In this document: positions 9,481 through 18,900 of the stretch, piece after piece
Position numbering within the stretch: the stretch's first letter is position 1
Layout: the number at the start of each line of letters is the position of its first letter
Assembly: GCA_964399865.1 (NCBI GenBank)
Contig: CAYNRJ010000001.1
Location: forward strand, 330,050-394,049
Direction: 5' to 3'
DNA: 64,000 bases
Origin: an uncultured Candidatus Saccharibacteria bacterium
GTDB taxonomy: Bacteria; Patescibacteriota; Minisyncoccia; Phycocordibacterales; UBA2100
Made by a program: the position numbers and the translations under genes
Notes under the pieces: generated by a model
Seen by the model: only the letters and a program-made list of their open reading frames with translations
What the model was told of the DNA's origin: nothing
Database searches by the model: none

Positions 9481-10576
9481 ATTTCAATGTATCCATAAAT
9501 TGCTTGTAACTCTTGTCGAACGTAATTTCTTTGCTCCACTCCCACGCATTTTTTCTTATTGTTGAGTAGCGCGGAGTATTTTGGAGGAGTTTTGCTATAC
9601 GGTTTGGAAGATCTTGTTCGTTGTACTCCGAAGCGATGCTTCCTGTTTCCCCTTCCTTTACGCTGTCTCGGAGACCGTCAACGTCATATACAACAGCAGG
9701 GGTCCCCTGACTATTTGCTTCTGTCACCACAAGCCCCCACCCCTCCTTTACTGAGGTAACACAAAGAAGATGTGACTTCTGCATTAGTTCCATCTTTCTA
9801 GCGGCATCCACTTTGCCCGCGTATTCAATATCGCTCGCGTACTCTGACCTTTTTGCGCGTGCGAGAACTTTCTCTCCGTATTTACCTTCTTCTGAACCTG
9901 CGAGGATCAAGCGAGCATTCGGAACCGTTTTCTTAACAGTTTCGAACGCCGTTAGTACATGAGAGGTCCGCTTCATGGGACGTATCGCGCCGAGTGCAAG
10001 TATTGTAGGAACATCAAACTTCTTAATAGTAGACAAGTCCTTAACTGGCTCCATCTCTATCCCCTCACCAATGATGTGAATTTTCTTTGCATTAAATCCG
10101 AAACGAATGAGATCTTTCTTAGTACTTTCCGAGATTGTTATGACTTCCCTATCACTAAGGAGCCATAGATAGATCGGCTCAAGAAGGTAGCCAATAAGCG
10201 AAAGCGGGTACGACATTTGATAGAACCAGATCTCACGGCAGAGTTGGTGTACAAACATCACGTTCTTTTCCTTTACGTAGAACTTGGCAAAGAACGGGAT
10301 CGTATTCATCTCATCAATGACGAGATCAAATTTACCCTTCAGATTCTTTCTGTAGTAGCGATATGCTTTCCAGTACACACTGAAACGCCCGCCACGACGA
10401 ATGATCTTGAAACCATCGCGAGACTCTTCCTCATTGCCGCCTTCAAATTTGCTTGTTAGAAAAACAACTTCGTGACCGTCTTTTGCGAGACGCTTGGCTA
10501 ATTCCTCGTTTACTACTTCTGCACCACCTGCGGCTGGGTGTTTCCTATCTTTCCAAGTAAGCCACAAGATCCGCAT
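9470..10576 (-). CDS. glycosyltransferase family 4 (GT-B fold)
   Basis: GGAEVVNEELAKRLAKDGHEV at the N-terminus and EGWGLVVTEANSQGTPAVVYDVDGLRDSV at the C-terminus. Confidence 0.8.
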   Translation of the reverse strand: MRILWLTWKDRKHPAAGGAEVVNEELAKRLAKDGHEVVFLTSKFEGGNEEESRDGFKIIRRGGRFSVYWKAYRYYRKNLKGKFDLVIDEMNTIPFFAKFYVKEKNVMFVHQLCREIWFYQMSYPLSLIGYLLEPIYLWLLSDREVITISESTKKDLIRFGFNAKKIHIIGEGIEMEPVKDLSTIKKFDVPTILALGAIRPMKRTSHVLTAFETVKKTVPNARLILAGSEEGKYGEKVLARAKRSEYASDIEYAGKVDAARKMELMQKSHLLCVTSVKEGWGLVVTEANSQGTPAVVYDVDGLRDSVKEGETGSIASEYNEQDLPNRIAKLLQNTPRYSTIRKNAWEWSKEITFDKSYKQFMDTLKYVQ

Positions 10577-10579
10577 ATA

Positions 10580-11389
10580 TTAATTGCGCGCATAGTCATC
10601 CTCGAAGCGAGTAATGTCGCTTTCTGTTGGCTCACCAAGAGCCACTTCAATAACTGTTCCTCCCGTCTCAGAGCTGAGGCGATGGACATCACCTTTTCTT
10701 ACCATAAAACCTTCTCCCTCTTTTAATATCTTCTTCTCGGTAACAACAGGCTCTCCGTTTACGAGGTTGCCTTTTTCGGCCAGCACTGAGCCACGGACAC
10801 AGAACCAAAATTCTTCACGATTTTCATGAGCCTGCAGACTCAAACGATGGCCCGGATCTACGACGACCGTTTTCACCCAATAGTTCTTGCCTGCATCGAG
10901 CACACGAAACTGCCCCCACGGACGAATATCCTTTCCTACATCCTTAACAGCATTCGTGAGCCACGAACTCGACTGCACCTTCCCCCCTTCTCCAATACCA
11001 AACACCATTTCAATTCCATACTTTTTGCATATAGCTGCTTCTGGAATATCGGCTTCGGCTTTCCTATCGCCTCCGTTTGCAAAAATGTCGGGTTTCAGAG
11101 TTTCGAGTTCGCGACAGACTGATCTATCTGGATCGTTCTCTACATGCCCAGTGATAACTACTTCGTCTACATAGGGAAACTCTGCGATAATCTCGGCACG
11201 TTCCTTTTCTGGCATGAATGCAAAGCCTTTCTTCGTTCGGAGCCAATTGTCATTGTTTAAAATAACGATGAGCTTGTCGCCAAGTTCTCTCGCCCTCTTG
11301 AACATGCGAGCGTGCCCAATATGGATCGGATCAAAACCACCCGAAACTGCCACAACTTTTTTTGTCTTCTTTGTCTTTGTTGGCGTCAT
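10580..11389 (-). CDS. bifunctional nucleotidyltransferase (cytidylyltransferase-like, HxGH motif) - cupin domain protein, probable sugar-nucleotide synthesis
   Basis: N-terminal VVAVSGGFDPIHIGHARMF (HIGH-type nucleotidyltransferase, RfaE-II/TagD-like); C-terminal cupin barrel (QAHENREEFWFCVRGSV...GDVHRL). Confidence 0.6.
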   Translation of the reverse strand: MTPTKTKKTKKVVAVSGGFDPIHIGHARMFKRARELGDKLIVILNNDNWLRTKKGFAFMPEKERAEIIAEFPYVDEVVITGHVENDPDRSVCRELETLKPDIFANGGDRKAEADIPEAAICKKYGIEMVFGIGEGGKVQSSSWLTNAVKDVGKDIRPWGQFRVLDAGKNYWVKTVVVDPGHRLSLQAHENREEFWFCVRGSVLAEKGNLVNGEPVVTEKKILKEGEGFMVRKGDVHRLSSETGGTVIEVALGEPTESDITRFEDDYARN

Positions 11390-11390
11390 A

Positions 11391-12347
11391 TTATTTTGTG
11401 TCGAAATTCTTACGCTTTCTCACTATATAGTGCGGTCGCCCTGCAACCTCGGTGTGTATGTTTGCTATATATAGAGCAATAATACCGAGCGCCGTGAGAA
11501 CAACCCCGATCAAGAAGACGTTTATAATCGCGAGCTGCGCTGAACCTGAGACGTTCCAGCCGAGAGAATCCTTCATTGCATAGCGCTCTATCAAGACAAC
11601 GACGCCGAGTACGCCTGACCAGAACGTTATAAATACTCCGAGGTAGCCGGCAAAGCGAAGCGGGACGAGAGAGTTTGAAACAAAGGAGTGAAGCGCTAAA
11701 GCAACTAGTTTTCGAGGAGTGTATTTCGCAACGCCGTGTAGACGCGCTGGAGCTTCAAAAAATACGTACTCCTTTTTAAACCCGAGCCAGTTAATAAGCG
11801 CGCGGGTCATACGGTCTCTCTCGGCAAAAGTCCTGAACGCATCCGCAACGGCTTTATCAATAAGGCGGAAATCAGTCTCGCCGTGTTGCATACCGACATC
11901 TGAAATGAGTCGAATGACATGATAGAAGAACGCAGAGCCCAGTTTCTTTATGAATCCTTCGTTACTGTTGCGCGTACGGACCCCGATGACGACTTCCGCG
12001 CCCTTCTCCCATTTCGAAACAAATTCGTGAATAAGAGAGGGCGGGTGCTGCATGTCTGCATCTATCATGATGACTGCGTCGCCTCCTGCCGCCTCAATAC
12101 CTGCGGTCGTTGCCATTTCTTTGCCGAAATTTCTACTGAACTCGATAAGTTTTACGTTCTTATCTGTTGCGACTAAATTTTCGATCGCGGTCCCCGTCCC
12201 ATCTGTACTGCCATCGTTCACGAAAATGATCTCGAATTCGTACGCGTGCATTCCCTCGAGGGTAGTGCGGAGTGCCTTATAGATAGCAGGAACATTTTCC
12301 GCCTCATCAAAGACCGGCACTATCACTGAAAGTAGTTTCTTATTCAT
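11391..12347 (-). CDS. polyprenol-phosphate glycosyltransferase (GT2, DPM1/GtrB/ArnC-like) with C-terminal TM helices
   Basis: LSVIVPVFDEAENV...EIIFVNDGSTDGT...DADMQHPP, followed by two C-terminal TM segments. Confidence 0.8.
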   Translation of the reverse strand: MNKKLLSVIVPVFDEAENVPAIYKALRTTLEGMHAYEFEIIFVNDGSTDGTGTAIENLVATDKNVKLIEFSRNFGKEMATTAGIEAAGGDAVIMIDADMQHPPSLIHEFVSKWEKGAEVVIGVRTRNSNEGFIKKLGSAFFYHVIRLISDVGMQHGETDFRLIDKAVADAFRTFAERDRMTRALINWLGFKKEYVFFEAPARLHGVAKYTPRKLVALALHSFVSNSLVPLRFAGYLGVFITFWSGVLGVVVLIERYAMKDSLGWNVSGSAQLAIINVFLIGVVLTALGIIALYIANIHTEVAGRPHYIVRKRKNFDTK

Positions 12348-13639
12348 ATCGACCGAGTCTTAGGAATAAATATTGTGAGGAAATAGTTAGCAATGAGAAG
12401 AGCGAGAAGCGCGACCGAGGAAATCACAAACATGTTCGTAATGTTTTGAATCGTCCCGTGATTCCAGATAATAAGAGCGATCTCTATGAGAATACCTGCG
12501 CCTAGGAAGTACATGAAGGAAGTATTGCGAACCGCGACGAAATAATTGATGAACACTATAGAGAGCGCCATGCATGAGATCGCGATAGCAAACGTGCCGA
12601 GGTATGGGGCAATATTTAAGTAACTAGCACCGAAGAGAAGCGACACCACAAATCCTGGGAACATCGAGAAAAACGCCCACGCAGCGGCGGAAGCAGCTGA
12701 GATTATTGCGAGGGAGAGCGCCAAGATACGGTGCTCACGGCCACGACCTTCTGCATACGCGGCGGAAGCAAATGGGAGGAGTGCAGTGATAAAGGCACCC
12801 GATCCATAGAGAAGTATCTTCCCCACGGTCGAGAGTGCTCCGTACTCACCCGCGAGAGCAGGAGTGAGGAAGTGTTTTGCAAGAAGAACGTCTATGTTTG
12901 AAAGAAGTGCGAGAAAGAGAGTCGTAACGAAAATAGGAACAATCGCGTAGAAAGTGGTCGGAATGCGAGAGGTAAGTACTTCTGTTTCGGTCTCTTTCTT
13001 AAGAAGCTTGTGCGTAACGATGAATCCAAATACCCAGCTCACTACTGCAGCAACTACGAGAGCAAACACCACTCCCGAAACTGTAAGACCAAGGAGGACG
13101 AGACCAACTCCAAGAGCGAGCTTCACGAGCGTCGAGAGAACACTCTGCTGTGAGAGAAGGAAAAACTTATGCATTCCCTGCAGAGTCCCCGACTGGAGCG
13201 CTGCGGCTAATGTCACCGGAACAAGAAAACTGAAAATGATGAATGGAAGCGTATGGATGTGTAAAAGCTTTGAGAATACAGGTGTGAGAAGAAGAAAAAT
13301 GATCCAGAGAGCCACGCTAAACACGAATACGTGGGGGCGAAGGACATAAAACACATATTTAATAGAAGAGTTCCCTTCTGAGAGGCGCGAAGCTGCCTCT
13401 CTACTCATGAACATAGTGAGCGCTGTCGCGGGTACGGAGACTATCAAAAATAAGCTGAGAATGGCTGCCACTTCTCCGAAATCCTCCACCGAAAGGAGGC
13501 GCCCCATGAGTAGGGTGAATACGTAATTGAGGACGTTTACTACAAAGGAGCCTGCAAAGATAACCGATCCGGCTGTGAAGAAAGATCTGTCAGCGCCAGA
13601 AAAGAACGCACTCAGGCCGAAATAAGGTTTTGGGGACAT
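12344..13639 (-). CDS. polysaccharide biosynthesis protein / Wzx-like flippase (MOP superfamily)
   Basis: 431 aa with about 12 TM helices; N-terminal LNYVFTLLMGRLLSVEDFGEVAAILSLFLIV is typical of Wzx-type exporters; 4-nt overlap with the GT2 gene. Confidence 0.55.
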   Translation of the reverse strand: MSPKPYFGLSAFFSGADRSFFTAGSVIFAGSFVVNVLNYVFTLLMGRLLSVEDFGEVAAILSLFLIVSVPATALTMFMSREAASRLSEGNSSIKYVFYVLRPHVFVFSVALWIIFLLLTPVFSKLLHIHTLPFIIFSFLVPVTLAAALQSGTLQGMHKFFLLSQQSVLSTLVKLALGVGLVLLGLTVSGVVFALVVAAVVSWVFGFIVTHKLLKKETETEVLTSRIPTTFYAIVPIFVTTLFLALLSNIDVLLAKHFLTPALAGEYGALSTVGKILLYGSGAFITALLPFASAAYAEGRGREHRILALSLAIISAASAAAWAFFSMFPGFVVSLLFGASYLNIAPYLGTFAIAISCMALSIVFINYFVAVRNTSFMYFLGAGILIEIALIIWNHGTIQNITNMFVISSVALLALLIANYFLTIFIPKTRSI

Positions 13640-13735
13640 ATTTTTGTAGTGCGAAGCCGTCGCTTAATACCATAATTTTGGCTTAAAATCAAGACTTCTC
13701 ACCCCTTTAGGTCGCCCACGCAGTGTACCCTAAAC

Positions 13736-13966
13736 TTAATGAAGATTTAGTGAGTATCCTTCAGCTATGAGAGCTTTGGAACGGCGATAATTGATGAAAT
13801 AGCGACAAAGAGTGGCTATAACCAGTAGGAGGTAGACGCTTGTCAAAACAAGAAAACATACGGCGAGCCAGAAATTGCCCGACTGCATGAGGAGGTACCC
13901 CGCATACATCCCAAGGGGCGAAAGTGGTGCCCCTAATCCTCCAGTCCCTGCGTTAAAATTAAGCAT
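13736..13966 (-). CDS. small membrane protein
   Basis: 76-aa hydrophobic ORF within the operon; support is weak. Confidence 0.3.
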   Translation of the reverse strand: MLNFNAGTGGLGAPLSPLGMYAGYLLMQSGNFWLAVCFLVLTSVYLLLVIATLCRYFINYRRSKALIAEGYSLNLH

Positions 13967-13970
13967 ATGA

Positions 13971-15233
13971 TTATTGCGTGTTAGTCCCCCAATGTCTTTC
14001 GGTATACCCGATCAGGCGGAAGAATCTCCTTCCAGCATGTGAGAAAGATTTAAGAGATCCCTCACTTTTTTCTAAAACAAAATGTCGTAAGACGTTGAAC
14101 AATGAGAACGAGTACGATCCAATAAGAACAAGTGTGGTCAGCGATCCGTATACGAACTCCGGCAAAAGACTGAGGCGCAGCATCCAGTCATACTTATCTT
14201 TCTCTTTATAACGTCTCATCAGCCACAGTTGGAACGCATACCAGATAGCGAGTTGGAAGAACGATAAACCTATTATCCACTGCGCGATGATCGATGGAAC
14301 GTATCCTGAGCTATCAGTAAGAAGAAGGATAATGACCATGGTGACCGTCGCGAGAAAAAGAATGTGCCCTACGAGATCTTGGAATATTGCCGAGGGTCGT
14401 GTAACTCCAGCGACAACGGTAATTCCTCCGTACGACCAACGAGTCCTTTGTCGCCAAAATTTAGAAAAGGTCTCAGGGACGATGGTCCACGCGGGAGCAT
14501 TCGCTGCGGCCTTAACACTCCATCCCGCCGCTTTGAATCGAGTGGTCACCTCATAATCTTCAATGAGATGACCTTCTTTAAAGCCCTTCGCATCTTTAAG
14601 GGCGGACGCGCGAAAGGCTGTGAGCATGCCGTGCATGACGAGGGGCCCTCGGAGAAAGCCCTCGTCGGCGAGGCGCACGGCGTTGAAGCCGACGTATTCG
14701 AGCGCCTGAAGACGTGTGAGAAGATTTTTATTTTTATTGAACACACGACACTGAGAGCACACTGCCCCGAGCACATCGTCACTCATGAGTTCTGTGACAA
14801 GATTTCGAACAGTCTGCGGCGCGATGGCAACATCGTCATCAACTGTCAGGATCACATCAGGAGTGTACGCGCCGTGATCATCGAAAATATATTTAAGTGC
14901 GTAATTTAAAGCTCCCGCTTTCAATTTATTTACTGGTGTACGGAGAAGTGTCACCCGACTGGAAAGCGTAGCTATCTTTTGAAATATTCGAGTGCTTTCT
15001 ACATTAGAAGGGGCCGTGCAATCGTCCACCACGAACACAAAGAGGTTCTTGTCGGAGGCAAGAAGGTCTTCAATAAGCTTTAGGGTTATTTCCCCCGGCG
15101 CATGCGTAGGGACGATCGCACAAATATTTGTTTGCTCGTATGCAAAGGGAGTCCGCGTATGACGGGCGGGGAAAAAGAAAGTCTTAGGATCAATCTTTAC
15201 AGGATTCGGATGTAGCTTGGAATATGACAACAT
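13971..15233 (-). CDS. processive family-2 glycosyltransferase (cellulose/chitin/PNAG-synthase-like) with C-terminal TM domain
   Basis: DxD region (VVDDCT, VDDDVAI) and a QRTRW (QxxRW) motif, followed by multiple TM helices. Confidence 0.7.
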   Translation of the reverse strand: MLSYSKLHPNPVKIDPKTFFFPARHTRTPFAYEQTNICAIVPTHAPGEITLKLIEDLLASDKNLFVFVVDDCTAPSNVESTRIFQKIATLSSRVTLLRTPVNKLKAGALNYALKYIFDDHGAYTPDVILTVDDDVAIAPQTVRNLVTELMSDDVLGAVCSQCRVFNKNKNLLTRLQALEYVGFNAVRLADEGFLRGPLVMHGMLTAFRASALKDAKGFKEGHLIEDYEVTTRFKAAGWSVKAAANAPAWTIVPETFSKFWRQRTRWSYGGITVVAGVTRPSAIFQDLVGHILFLATVTMVIILLLTDSSGYVPSIIAQWIIGLSFFQLAIWYAFQLWLMRRYKEKDKYDWMLRLSLLPEFVYGSLTTLVLIGSYSFSLFNVLRHFVLEKSEGSLKSFSHAGRRFFRLIGYTERHWGTNTQ

Positions 15234-15325
15234 AACCCATTTGGGTATGCCGGTTTCCCTACCCTCATATTCTACCGCGACCTATTTTGCAAAGATACTT
15301 GCCAAACTATGGGAGCCGTGCGGCA

Positions 15326-15886
15326 CTAGCGAAAACTTGGAAAATTTATGAATAGCCGTTCAAAAAAGGCTTTGAAGCGATCATTCCCAATCTTTGTTGA
15401 GGTGGACGAAGGCTGCTTGAAGAGCGGTGTGCTTGATGCCTTCACTAGGTGTTTATCAAACCAGGAGAAGAATGATCGTTTCGTGGTCGAAGCAATTTCC
15501 TTTTTCGGGATGAATTTCGAGGATGATGTGCCCGCAGTGGCATCTCCCCCAAATCGTCTGGTGATGACTTCCTTTTCGATTGTACCGTCTGATTCCGTTT
15601 GAATCTCTACTCGCACTGTCGTTCCGTTGCCCCCCGTTACGATATTCCGTACACGCGCCTCAGCACTCGTGTCCCCTGTCGAAACTGCTTTTCCTCCAAC
15701 GAATGTTCCACTTTCCGAGGTCGTGACTGTCTCGGAAGTCATGCCGCCATTTGCCTTTGAGACTATCGAGGATACGAACGAGCTGGTACCGGAATTGGAG
15801 AAAGTGATGTCCACGACATTTTCAGCGTGAACAGAAAGCGGGAGAACGATGACTATTGAGAGAGCGCTATACAAAATTCTTCTCAT
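15326..15886 (-). CDS. secreted Ser/Thr-rich hypothetical protein
   Basis: N-terminal signal peptide (SIVIVLPLSVHA); low-complexity S/T/G-rich body. Confidence 0.45.
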   Translation of the reverse strand: MRRILYSALSIVIVLPLSVHAENVVDITFSNSGTSSFVSSIVSKANGGMTSETVTTSESGTFVGGKAVSTGDTSAEARVRNIVTGGNGTTVRVEIQTESDGTIEKEVITRRFGGDATAGTSSSKFIPKKEIASTTKRSFFSWFDKHLVKASSTPLFKQPSSTSTKIGNDRFKAFFERLFINFPSFR

Positions 15887-15902
15887 ATAGTCTTACTGTG
15901 TA

Positions 15903-18900
15903 TTAATCCGATTTCGGTACGAAGCTCGAGAACCATGAGCCAAATGATTTTGCCAAGCTGTCACTCGTCTCAGAAGACGACTTTTTCGTCGTAGTTGTAA
16001 CTACTTTCTTAGCTGGTGCAGGAGCTGATTTTTGCGCAGCTGGAGCCGCTGCAGGTGGAGTCTCTTCTGCAGGTGCAGTTGTTACTGGCGCAGCTTCTGT
16101 GAAAGTTTCAACCGGAGCCGCAGGTGCCTCGACCGGCGTGACCTGTCCGCACGCGAGTTCGTTTATTTTTTGGCGCGTACTCGCATAGACACTACCCGTA
16201 GGCTGAGTGAGTCCGAGTGGTGTCAGGATTTCACTTGCATATTTCTGTTGGAATATTTTCACCGCGCTCGCCGTCATTTGGCCATACAAAATTGATTCGT
16301 ACCCAGGAGAACCTACTCCCATTGCAGCGACTCGAGTATCCGGAGATGCGTTCAAGAATATCTGGAGTTTCTTCACTTCCTCATGACGCGTACCGAGGCG
16401 CAAATTCATTGTCAAAAGCGGTGTGCATGCTGCGCCAGAAGGAGCTGGGCTGGTAGCACCTAGTACTTGCGGTTTCTTCACAGCAAACTCAACCTCCGCC
16501 CAAGCTTCAGCGGGCGGCATCTTTATGATTTGATCCGCAACCCACGTCTCATTGCGCTGTCCTGTGACACGTGCGACGTTTTTATAGACACCAGCCATAG
16601 TGGTCTTTTGCGGGAATTCCACAGAGTACGTGAGGGTGATCTCATCACCAGGAACTAACGTAGCAAGATTCCATGATCGCGTGTATACAACTTTTCCATT
16701 TGGCGCGTACATAGTATCCGTTAGTATCGCGCGATACGCTGGCTGAGCAGTCTTGGCATTTTTAACGACCACGACATAGTTCGTTGTAGTAGTTGTCGCT
16801 GTTGTTGAAATACTCACGTCTTTTTGTACCGAGACCATGGGATCAACAGTTCCATTGATTCTGGCGTCGGGTGTTGAGACACCGGACTTTACTCGTACGA
16901 TTTCCAAATCCTTACCGAGGGAACCAGCGACAGCGGTCGAAGCTGGAGCCGTTCCCGTAGGGTTGGTGCCCGCTGCAATAGCACTCCCTCCACCACCTCC
17001 GCCACCACCACCTCCACCCCCTCCAGAAGATCCGCCGCCTGAGCTTCCACCACCAGAGGATCCCCCACCTGAAGAACCACCGCCCGATGAGCCGCCCCCT
17101 GACGAACCACCTCCAGAAGAACCTCCGCCGGATGAGCCACCACCAGTTGAGGCAGGCGTACAAGAAGAACCAGTCCATGTGCCCCCACCTACAGAACACG
17201 TTGCGTCTGCACACGGCGTTGTGGTCTGATCACCCGGAACGTTCGGACAGACGTCTGTTCCTCCACCACCAGTTGACGCGGGAGTACAAGAGGAGCCGTT
17301 CCATGTGCCGCCTGTTGTTGTGCATGTTGTATCTGCGCACGGAGTTGAGCTTTGACTCCCTGGCACATTTGGACAGACATCACCCGGACCGCCACTACCA
17401 CCGGATGAACCTGAGCCAATTGTGATTGAATACGTGCCCGTATTATCGTGATCATTTTGATCATGCTCTGTCGATGTAACTCGTGTCGTGAGCGGCGTTG
17501 AGAGGGACGTACCTGTCGCCAAACTCTGCACGAGAATGCGCACGTCCATCGTTACTTCTTTTGTAGCGCCCCCTGCAATTGTGCCGAGGTTCCAGCTCCT
17601 ACCCGCAGCTGTGTTTGAGCTGAGTGGAGTACTTCGTAGAAAGTTGAGAAGTGTTTTGTTGTACTCGGCGGTGAGAACTACGTTTGACGCAGGCGCATCA
17701 CCATTGTTCTTGACCTTGAACTGGTACTGTAAGTCACTCCCTGGTGCGTATGGGCTTGTGCCATTGGTGACAGTTTCGACAGTGAGATCTGGACTGTGAC
17801 TACCGAACGAAATATCTCCACTCCAGTCACCGAAGATGTTGAACGATGCGAATATCCAGTCTCGGTTCACGATGTTCGTGTTGACCATGTTGATGATGTT
17901 CGCAGCTGCGTATGCATCACCTGTTGAAATTGTTCCCACTCCATCCTCAGTTTCTGTTGAGTTTTCTCCGGTAATCGCTTGCACATCAACATCGGTTGTC
18001 ACCGTGGCCATGTTCGTTGAAGTGGCCAAGAAGTCTGAAGAGTTAAACAGTCCACCAGTGCCAGCACCTCCCGTTGAACCTTGTGAATATACTTCGATCA
18101 ACCAGCTCGTATTGTCGGAAGAACGCGTAGCTCTCCAGGTCATTCCCTGTGGCAGACCCTGGATACTTCCGCTCCAGCTACCCCACACGCGGAACGATAG
18201 GAGGACAGATGCGCCGCCGACACGTGTCTGGTTTGCTGCGGTGTAACTATTTGACGACGTGTAAGCATTTCCAGAAGAAATTTCACCATGTCCTAGTGCA
18301 GTTGAGGTGGCCGCGTTCTCTCCTGTAATAGCTTTCGCGGTCGTCGTTCCAAAGAAATTTTCATCGTTATCATTGCTGACGACATATGAGCTTGAGTTCA
18401 TTGCAGGGAGTGTATTGCCGCTCGCGAGAAGGTCTTCAAAGAAAGTTGCTGCAGGAAGCACGATGTCGTCATTCAAATCACCGAAGTTGTTCATCGAGAG
18501 AAGCAGGTAGCTTGAGTTGATGAAGTTTGTGTTGACGAGGTTAAGGACGTTCGCTGCAGCGTATGCGTCCCCTGTTTCTATGGATACGTTACCTGCCCCG
18601 ATTGCTGTGCCGGCGTTTTTTCCGGTTTCTGCGCGGACATTGACGGTGTTCTTAACAGTCGCTTCGTTCTTGTTGATGATCTTTAGATCCGAACTGTTGA
18701 GACAAGTGAGGATGGTGCAGCCGTACTGAGTCGGACTAGCTCCAGGACCACCGTCATAGAAATATGAAAGGTCGAAATCACGAAGGTCGAAGCCATCGCC
18801 GTTCATCGGATTGAGGAAGAGGACGAGTCCGTTCGAGTTAAAGAGGTTTGTGTTAACCACGTTCATGACCTCCGCTGTCGACACTGCCTTTCCGGTTTTA

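Noticed and set aside
16837-17229. 130-aa Pro/Glu-rich plus-strand ORF (PPPPEDPPPELPPPEDPPPEEPPP...)
   Set aside because: It is the antisense reading of the (GGGSS)n/poly-Gly coding repeats of the 1286-aa gene. It has no start context and is a low-complexity mirror artefact.
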